From Silvanigrellaceae bacterium (GTDB taxonomy: Bacteria; Bdellovibrionota_B; Oligoflexia; Silvanigrellales; Silvanigrellaceae), in assembly GCA_049423385.1 (NCBI GenBank), contig JBMSQQ010000004.1:1-64000 (forward strand): a stretch of 64,000 nucleotides of DNA, written 5' to 3'. The number at the start of each line of letters is the position of its first letter. Position 1 is the first letter of the stretch. Shown here one piece after another: positions 57,866 through 64,000 of this stretch. Under the pieces are notes generated by a model. The model ran no database searches and was not told the DNA's origin. It saw only the letters and a program-made list of their open reading frames with translations. A program made the position numbers and the translations under genes.

Positions 57866-60007
57866 TTACTTGTAAAACAATACCGATTTTGGAATTGATT
57901 TGCGCGAGAAGGATGAGCTCTTGTAACTTGCAGCAAGCCCCTGGTTTCCACTCGCCTGGAAATAACTCAAACGAAGTGCATGATATCCAACAGGCAAGTT
58001 GATCGAACCAGAGCGATCCCGTGAAGTGTGCACCCCACCGTTTTCGACCACAAGGATGTCGTTGATCCACAAGCGACTGCCGTCGTCCGAGTTTGTGTAG
58101 AAAGTATATGTGCCAGCCTTGGAAATGTAGATGTATCCCTCATACATGAAACCGTAGTTTACACTTTGGCTCCTGGGGGCGAGCGAGAAGTTTTGCAGCA
58201 GACCCTCTTTCATCGGAGCCATTTTGGGGAAGTCGGGCACATCGGTCCAAGAGACTGCCGTGGTGTAATATTTGTAACGGATGCCTTGTTTGTATGCCGG
58301 CGCCGGTGTGGGAGCCACTGTCGGTGCGACGGTCGGTGCGACGGTCGGTGCGACGGTCGGTGCGACGGTCGGAGCGACGGTTGGAGCGATGGTTGGAGCG
58401 ACGGTCGGTGCCGGTGTTGTCGGAACCGGAGTTGGTGCCACTGTCACTGTTGGTGCCGGCGTTGGCGCAGTCGTAGGCGTTGGGGCTGCAGTTGTCGGCG
58501 CTGCTGTTGGAGTTGGTGCAGGGGTCGGGCCTGCAGCAACCTTGGCCAGGGCCTTTTGTGCATTGATGCGTGTGCCGGTGTCCACCTTTCCAACGAGTCC
58601 CGCGATTGCGTCGCCCGTCGTCAGGATTGCATCCTTGATTTCAAGGTAGGACAGGGTGGGTTGCTTGCTCCAAATCAGTGTTGCAAGGCCAGCAACATGC
58701 GGGGTTGCCATCGAGGTTCCACTGTAGGATTGGTAGCCGTTGTTTGGCACCGTGCTGAGAATATCTCGTCCAGGAGCGGCGATGTTCACGCCATCTCCGT
58801 AGTTGGAGAACGATGAAAGGGTGTCATTCGATTCAGTCGATGCAATTGCTATCACGTTGTCGTAGGTCTTGCTGTAATAGGCTGGATAACTTGCTGTTGC
58901 CAAGGACTCGTTTCCGGCGGCAGCAATGAACAAAACGCCTTTCGATTTTGCCGACGAAAGCGCAGATGAAATGAGTGCGCTGGCGCCACCACCACCATAG
59001 CTGTTGCTTGTGACCCGTGCGCCATTGTTTACGGCGTACATGATTCCATCGTAGATATCGAAGTTGAAACCTGAACCGTCGTCGCCGAGGACCTTCAAAG
59101 GCATCAATTTTGCGTTCCAGTTGACTCCGGCAACGCCCAAAGAGTTGTTTCCTTTGCCAGCGATCGTGCCTGCACAGTGGGTTCCGTGGCCATTGCCATC
59201 CATCGGATTGTTGTTCACCCAGTAGAAGTTCCAGCCCTGGACATCGTCAATGTAGCCGTTGGCATCGTCGTCGATTCCGTTGCCGGCGATCTCCTTGGTG
59301 TTCTTCCAGATGTTGTCCTTCAAGTCTTCGTGGTTGTAATCGATGCCCGTGTCGATCACGGCCACCGTGAAGTTGGGATCTCCTTGCCAGCTGTCCCATG
59401 CTGCGGGTGCAGAGATCTTCTGCATGCCCCAGAGAGAAGGCCACTTCGCATCATTCGGAACACCAATGGCTTGCACTTCGTAATTGGGTTCAGCGAGAAC
59501 AACCGAACTGAGCCCATGCAACGAATTGATGGCGTTTGTCAGCCCTTTTTTGCTCACGTCGCGAAGGTCAAGGCGGATGACTTCGTATTGGCCTTCCGTG
59601 TTTGTTTTGTTTGCCGTCAGCTTCATGCGGCCCTTGGCAATGGTCATCCCGTTGATTTCCACTGCTCCCATTGCCGTCACACTGGTTTCGTCGCCAATGT
59701 TTTTAAAGTTTCTCACATCACCGGAACGGTGCTTGAGCGGCAGACCCTCGCGCCAGTCAGGTTTTGCAAGGACAACCAGCTGACCAGCCTTGGAGCGCTT
59801 GTCGAGGTTTTCCTTGGAATAGCTTTTCATTAGAAAATCATTGTTCAGCCCGAGGTCGAGAGCTGCCGGCGGAATTGTCACTCCTGCATCACTGACCTGG
59901 ACGTTTGATTTGGGTTTCAAGCAACCCGTGATTGAGCTGGCAATATAAACAGAAACGGCAGCCAAAGCTGACATTTTCGATACATGTTTCACAGATGAAT
60001 AGTTCAT
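57866..60007 (-). CDS. S8 subtilisin-like protease lipoprotein with Pro/Thr linker and PA14 domain
   Basis: Lipobox ITGC; VIDTG, HGTHCAG, GTSMATPHV; C-terminal YTNSDDGSRL...NGGVH. Confidence 0.93.
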   Translation of the reverse strand: MNYSSVKHVSKMSALAAVSVYIASSITGCLKPKSNVQVSDAGVTIPPAALDLGLNNDFLMKSYSKENLDKRSKAGQLVVLAKPDWREGLPLKHRSGDVRNFKNIGDETSVTAMGAVEINGMTIAKGRMKLTANKTNTEGQYEVIRLDLRDVSKKGLTNAINSLHGLSSVVLAEPNYEVQAIGVPNDAKWPSLWGMQKISAPAAWDSWQGDPNFTVAVIDTGIDYNHEDLKDNIWKNTKEIAGNGIDDDANGYIDDVQGWNFYWVNNNPMDGNGHGTHCAGTIAGKGNNSLGVAGVNWNAKLMPLKVLGDDGSGFNFDIYDGIMYAVNNGARVTSNSYGGGGASALISSALSSAKSKGVLFIAAAGNESLATASYPAYYSKTYDNVIAIASTESNDTLSSFSNYGDGVNIAAPGRDILSTVPNNGYQSYSGTSMATPHVAGLATLIWSKQPTLSYLEIKDAILTTGDAIAGLVGKVDTGTRINAQKALAKVAAGPTPAPTPTAAPTTAAPTPTTAPTPAPTVTVAPTPVPTTPAPTVAPTIAPTVAPTVAPTVAPTVAPTVAPTVAPTPAPAYKQGIRYKYYTTAVSWTDVPDFPKMAPMKEGLLQNFSLAPRSQSVNYGFMYEGYIYISKAGTYTFYTNSDDGSRLWINDILVVENGGVHTSRDRSGSINLPVGYHALRLSYFQASGNQGLAASYKSSSFSRKSIPKSVLFYK
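58308..58411 (-). repeat. 12-bp coding tandem repeat (PTVA)n
   Basis: GTCGGTGCGACG in four perfect copies (58320-58367) plus degenerate copies on both sides. Confidence 0.9.
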
Positions 60008-60126
60008 CGGTTCTTTCTCCCGGATCTGGCTAGTGGAGCATTCCAGTTCATGGTAGAATGGAGCCTTCGAAAGCAGCACTGCTCAGATATGAAATTGACA
60101 CTGCAATATTGACTTGGAGGATTGCG

Positions 60127-60582
60127 GTGGATTTTGTTCGCGTCGAAGATGCGTTTGCCATTTATCCGGATGCCTTTGTGCACCCGGTGAATTGTATTGG
60201 TGTGAGCAAGGATATTCTTTCGCGGCAGGTTAAAAAAGCTTGGCCTGATTATTTCCGCGAATACACGCGAGCCTGTATCCGGAAAAAATTGCAGCCTGGG
60301 GAATCGCTCTGGCATGAAGTCGGCGAGCTGTTTGGAACACGTTTTGTGGTTGCGCTGCCATTGAAGGTTCATTGGCAGGAGAAAATACGTCCCGACGTTG
60401 CCAGACTTGCGTTTGCAGGACTCTTTCAGGAAATTTGCCTGCGCCAAATCAACAGTGTTGCAATTCCTGTATTCGAAGGTCCGCCAGAAGGTTGGATCGA
60501 GCGTGAGATATCGAAACTTGTTGAAGCTCAAGCGTCATCCTGTTTGCAGATCGTCTATCTTTTCAACACCGCGGCAGACTGA
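60127..60582 (+). CDS. Degenerate macro domain-like protein
   Basis: DAFVHPVNCIGV...KKAWPDYFREYTRAC, LPLKVHW, SVAIP follow the macrodomain layout; GTG start after GGAGG. Confidence 0.65.
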   Translation: MDFVRVEDAFAIYPDAFVHPVNCIGVSKDILSRQVKKAWPDYFREYTRACIRKKLQPGESLWHEVGELFGTRFVVALPLKVHWQEKIRPDVARLAFAGLFQEICLRQINSVAIPVFEGPPEGWIEREISKLVEAQASSCLQIVYLFNTAAD

Positions 60583-60630
60583 GTCTTGGTTTTATTATCG
60601 TGATTTCAGGTATTTAATAATTCCTGCGAT

Positions 60631-60646
60631 TGGCCCGAAAATTGCA
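60631..60646 (+). promoter_or_regulatory. Sigma-54 -24/-12 promoter upstream of the dacB-like gene
   Basis: TGGC-CCGAAAA-TTGCA; about 40 bp before the ATG. Confidence 0.65.
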
Positions 60647-60684
60647 TGCCCGCCGTCTGCGAAAGTCTTTTGGAGGTTGCAGTC

Positions 60685-61566
60685 ATGATGAGAAGAATCG
60701 GCGGTTTGGCTTCTGCAGCTTTGGTCACCTTTCTTGTCGCGTGCGGTGGGCCAGTTCCATCGGGTCTGCAAACAGAATCAAGCTTGCAATCTGCGGCAGA
60801 TGAATTCGAGCCTTATAAAAATCAACGATTCACCCGAACCCTCGATGCAATCTTCGACAGTGGCAGCGATTCAAACACCTCCTGGAGCATCGAGGTTCGC
60901 GCGCACGGTCCACGCGGAGAGAAGCTCGCACTTTATTCCCGTGCTTCGACGACCGCGGTGAAGCCAGCATCAACCATGAAGTTGCTGACGAGCTGGACAG
61001 CTTTCCAGGAAATTGGCTCCGCTTCTCAGATTGGTTCTCAAAAATACAACTATATTCGTGAAATGATGAAATACTCGGACAATGACATGGCTGAAACTGT
61101 TTTGTCTTGGTGTGGGGGCGTCAATGCGACCTACGACATGTTGACGCGATTCAGCATCTCCCGCTCCGCGAGCCTGAATGTCGCTGATGGTTCTGGCCTC
61201 AGTTACAACAACAGGCTTGCAGCTCACGATCTGGTGCAGCTGTTGTCTGTGGCGCGTTCTTCAGACAAGATCAGGGCTTTTCGCTCTCTTTTGCCTGTCG
61301 CTGGAGTTGATGGAACCCTTGCGGGTCGCATGGGCAGCGTCAATGGAACAGTCGCAGCCAAGACAGGAACACTCACAACGGATCCGACAACTGCCCTCGC
61401 GGGCTACGCCGACAGCAAGACGGGTTGGCAGGTTGTGTTTGCAATGCTGGGTGACAGCGTGCCCACTGTCGACACTGGTCGCGCCGCCATAGACGATGCT
61501 GTGTTCGAAATCGTCAACACCTTGAATTATTTGCCGCTGACAACAACGACAGTCGCTGCCCAGTAA
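60685..61566 (+). CDS. dacB: D-Ala-D-Ala carboxy/endopeptidase, peptidase S13 (PBP4-like) lipoprotein, compact form
   Basis: Lipobox LVAC; PASTMK, SDN, DGSGLS, GVDGTL, AKTGTL. Confidence 0.88.
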   Translation: MMRRIGGLASAALVTFLVACGGPVPSGLQTESSLQSAADEFEPYKNQRFTRTLDAIFDSGSDSNTSWSIEVRAHGPRGEKLALYSRASTTAVKPASTMKLLTSWTAFQEIGSASQIGSQKYNYIREMMKYSDNDMAETVLSWCGGVNATYDMLTRFSISRSASLNVADGSGLSYNNRLAAHDLVQLLSVARSSDKIRAFRSLLPVAGVDGTLAGRMGSVNGTVAAKTGTLTTDPTTALAGYADSKTGWQVVFAMLGDSVPTVDTGRAAIDDAVFEIVNTLNYLPLTTTTVAAQ

Positions 61567-61578
61567 GAGCGAACGAAA

Positions 61579-62082
61579 TCATTTTTGCTCTGCGTTTTTG
61601 GCCAGGTGGCGGGCGATGAAATGAAAGTAGGATCGTTCGTCGAAATCAGGCTCGAGCGACTGACCATTCGTCGACGTGACCTTGAGTTGAAATGTTTTGT
61701 ACTGCTCCTGGATTGGCACTTCGACGCCGAGTTTCAGCAGATGAGTCTCGCTGGAGTCGGTTTCAGGGCAATAAAAATGCGCGTAGATTGATTCCACGCT
61801 GATTTGTCCATCAAAAAACTCATCGATCATGTTGAATTGCTCAACCAGCCAGACGGGCGTGTTGACGTAGTTGAGGGCGCATTTCAAACGTTTGGTCATG
61901 CGAAGCCATTGCAAGAGTCCGGACGAGTTGGCCCGATTGACCTTCGACAGATCCAGAGACACGGCTTTTCCCTTGGCAGCCTTCGAAGCATCGATAACCG
62001 CAGATTCGACGATCTGAAGGTCGACGTGCTCGTTCAAAATGCCCTCAAGACTCACCAATTGACCTTCTTGCTTCACAAGCAT
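61579..62082 (-). CDS. STAS-like hypothetical protein
   Basis: LEGILNE, LDLSKVNRANSSGLLQW, VEQFNMI. Confidence 0.6.
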   Translation of the reverse strand: MLVKQEGQLVSLEGILNEHVDLQIVESAVIDASKAAKGKAVSLDLSKVNRANSSGLLQWLRMTKRLKCALNYVNTPVWLVEQFNMIDEFFDGQISVESIYAHFYCPETDSSETHLLKLGVEVPIQEQYKTFQLKVTSTNGQSLEPDFDERSYFHFIARHLAKNAEQK

Positions 62083-62174
62083 TCCGGATTTTCCTCGAAA
62101 ATTTCAGTTTTAAGCTGTGTACAGTATAGCTTACACAAAATTCTGCGGGGGGAGGAGTCTATCTTATGGCGGAC

Positions 62175-62573
62175 TCAGCCTTTCACTGAAAAGCCCATTT
62201 TCACCAGGGCCTGGCGAACGCGGGCGAGGTCATCGACCTGAAGGACAATCTCTTTTGTTTCATTGTTAAAAGTCCCGCCACAGGCCAGTATTTCCTTGAG
62301 CTTCGCCTGAAGGAGCTTCAATGCGCCTTCTTTTGCGGCATTGGGATCTTCAAATCCGTAAAGGACTGAAACAGGTTTTCCTGCTCGTCCCTTCACTTCG
62401 CGGCGCAGCTTGACGATTCCCGTCAGCTGGACGCCAGACTGATCTTGCCTCGAACTTTGGGATTGCGACTTGTTTGAATTCCGGCTTCGAATCTCCACCG
62501 CCTCGTTGGACGAAGAATCTGCAAGTGTTGTGTTGATTTCAAGTCGGATGGGTTTTTTTCGGCCTTCAGTCAT
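62175..62573 (-). CDS. yciH: SUI1-family translation initiation factor
   Basis: RREVKGRAGKPVS, LKEILACGGT. Confidence 0.85.
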   Translation of the reverse strand: MTEGRKKPIRLEINTTLADSSSNEAVEIRSRNSNKSQSQSSRQDQSGVQLTGIVKLRREVKGRAGKPVSVLYGFEDPNAAKEGALKLLQAKLKEILACGGTFNNETKEIVLQVDDLARVRQALVKMGFSVKG

Positions 62574-62630
62574 CTGCTTCCGGTGTCCTGTGGGTATTTG
62601 GAGCGAGAATCCCAACACACCGGAGGGAAG

Positions 62631-64000
62631 TCAACCTGCTGCAGTGAGAACGGGAAGACTCACGGTGAATATCGATCCTTTTCCCTTCCCTTCAGACTCT
62701 GCCGACACGAGGCCACCGTGCAATTCAACCAGGTGCTTGACGATCGACAATCCAAGCCCGAGGCCACCATAGGTTCTGTTCATGCCACTGTCCTGTTGGC
62801 GGAATCTTTCGAATACGTGCGGAAGAAATTGTTCTTCAATACCAACACCAGTGTCTGCAATTTTCACAATTGCACGTGTCCCGTCCATGCGCAGTGTGAC
62901 CTTGACCCTGCCATTACGGGGAGTGAATTTGATCGCATTGGAAAGCAAATTCCAAAAGATTTGCTGCAGCCGGGTCGTGTCGCCAAACACGGGTCCGAGG
63001 CCGGGTTCAAACTCGGTCACGATGCGAATGTTCTTTGCCTGAGCGGCAAGCATTTCGGCAGCAATCACGGAATCTACAACATTGGCCAAGTCGACTGGCT
63101 TTGGCGCCAATTTGAATTTTCCGGTGATCACCCTGCTGACGTCCAGAATGTCGTCGATGAGTGTAACCAGTGAACGCGAATTGCGCTCGATGGCATCCAG
63201 TGCCTCTTCATTTTCCTGTTCCGACAGTTTTTCATATTTCAGCAGTTCGATGAAACCACCAATCACTCCAGCGGGTGTTCTGAGTTCATGGGAAAGAGTT
63301 GCAAGAAATTCATCCTTGAGCGCGTTGGCGGCCTTGGCCTCCTGAAAATGCTGTTCTGCTTCGAGCCTGGCCAACCGTTCCTTTTCGAGTGCCTTGTTGC
63401 GTTCATTTTCCAGGCGGATTTGCTCTGTGACGTCCGACTGCACGCCAAGGTATCTCAGGAGCCTCCCCTGTTGATCACGAACAGGTTCAAGCTTGAGGCG
63501 ATTTATCCAAGCCCGTCCACCTTTCGTGTAATTGACGATATCGCCAATGAAAGGCTTTTGGGCGGCCATGGCTTCGTGAATTCTTGCAATCGTTTTTGGA
63601 TCTGTATCGGGTCCATGCAGAAATCGACAATTTCGTCCGAGAACTTCTTCCCGGGAATACCCGGTGAGCTTTAAAAAGCCGGGACTCACATAGACGACAG
63701 GGTCATCGGGAAGCGATGGATCGGTCAGGACAATACCATCATTGGCGCGCTCTATTGCCGCATTTTTCAGAAGCAATTCTTCTTCTGCCTGCTTCAGTTC
63801 AGAAACATCGAGTTGTGCCAAAACTGCACATCGACCCTGGGATGTTTCAAATTTTGTCACTTTCAGAATAAACCATTGCCGAGTCGTGCCCGATGCAAAA
63901 AATTGCGTGGTCACGAATTCCTCCCGCAGACCCGAAAGCACGTCCCTGATTCCCTTCGCAGCTTGAGCATCGGGACAATTGAAATCAAGAGTCTCCTTGC
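62631..64000 (-). CDS. PAS/LOV sensor histidine kinase (5' end lies beyond the window)
   Basis: GRNCRFLHG LOV motif; LSHELRTP, NLLSNAIKFT, DTGVG, GLGLGL; reading frame stays open to the window edge. Confidence 0.92.
   Translation of the reverse strand, partial: KETLDFNCPDAQAAKGIRDVLSGLREEFVTTQFFASGTTRQWFILKVTKFETSQGRCAVLAQLDVSELKQAEEELLLKNAAIERANDGIVLTDPSLPDDPVVYVSPGFLKLTGYSREEVLGRNCRFLHGPDTDPKTIARIHEAMAAQKPFIGDIVNYTKGGRAWINRLKLEPVRDQQGRLLRYLGVQSDVTEQIRLENERNKALEKERLARLEAEQHFQEAKAANALKDEFLATLSHELRTPAGVIGGFIELLKYEKLSEQENEEALDAIERNSRSLVTLIDDILDVSRVITGKFKLAPKPVDLANVVDSVIAAEMLAAQAKNIRIVTEFEPGLGPVFGDTTRLQQIFWNLLSNAIKFTPRNGRVKVTLRMDGTRAIVKIADTGVGIEEQFLPHVFERFRQQDSGMNRTYGGLGLGLSIVKHLVELHGGLVSAESEGKGKGSIFTVSLPVLTAAG

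Noticed and set aside
58308..58411. Repeat as a CRISPR array
   Set aside because: It is a spacerless 12-bp in-frame coding repeat, and no cas genes are present

Overview
Gene-dense bacterial chromosomal window with about 58 CDS. I recognised no rRNA, tRNA, CRISPR array or mobile element. The content suggests Bdellovibrionota (Oligoflexia/Silvanigrellales-like); this is an inference from a Bd3614-type deaminase, a GTP-type PEPCK and many Cys-lipoprotein hydrolases. Housekeeping genes include tyrS, pckG, cobB, feoAB with a Fur box, dps, yciH and an ABC-F ATPase. Three things stand out. (1) A tightly coupled catabolic cluster at 3365-15142 encodes a non-canonical nitrilase, ALDH, DUF3598-like barrel, Cys-less racemase-fold protein, NicF-like amidase, CoA-transferase, HMG-CoA-lyase-like enzyme, LeuCD-like hydratase, cupin, MFS and DUF1838-like protein. 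It reads as an undescribed route for breaking down N-heterocycles to substituted maleamates/maleates, possibly from tetrapyrrole or bilin fragments. (2) A divergent biosynthetic-looking cluster at 46181-56584 encodes an AurF-like diiron oxygenase, GNAT, OleC-like adenylation domain fused to a UbiA prenyltransferase, RPH-type dikinase, ABC exporter and Bd3614-type deaminase. (3) Three unlinked peptidoglycan-acting lipoproteins (GH104 lysozyme, L,D-transpeptidase, minimal DacB) are each preceded by a consensus sigma-54 -24/-12 element. All family assignments come from motif recognition by eye, without database searches.
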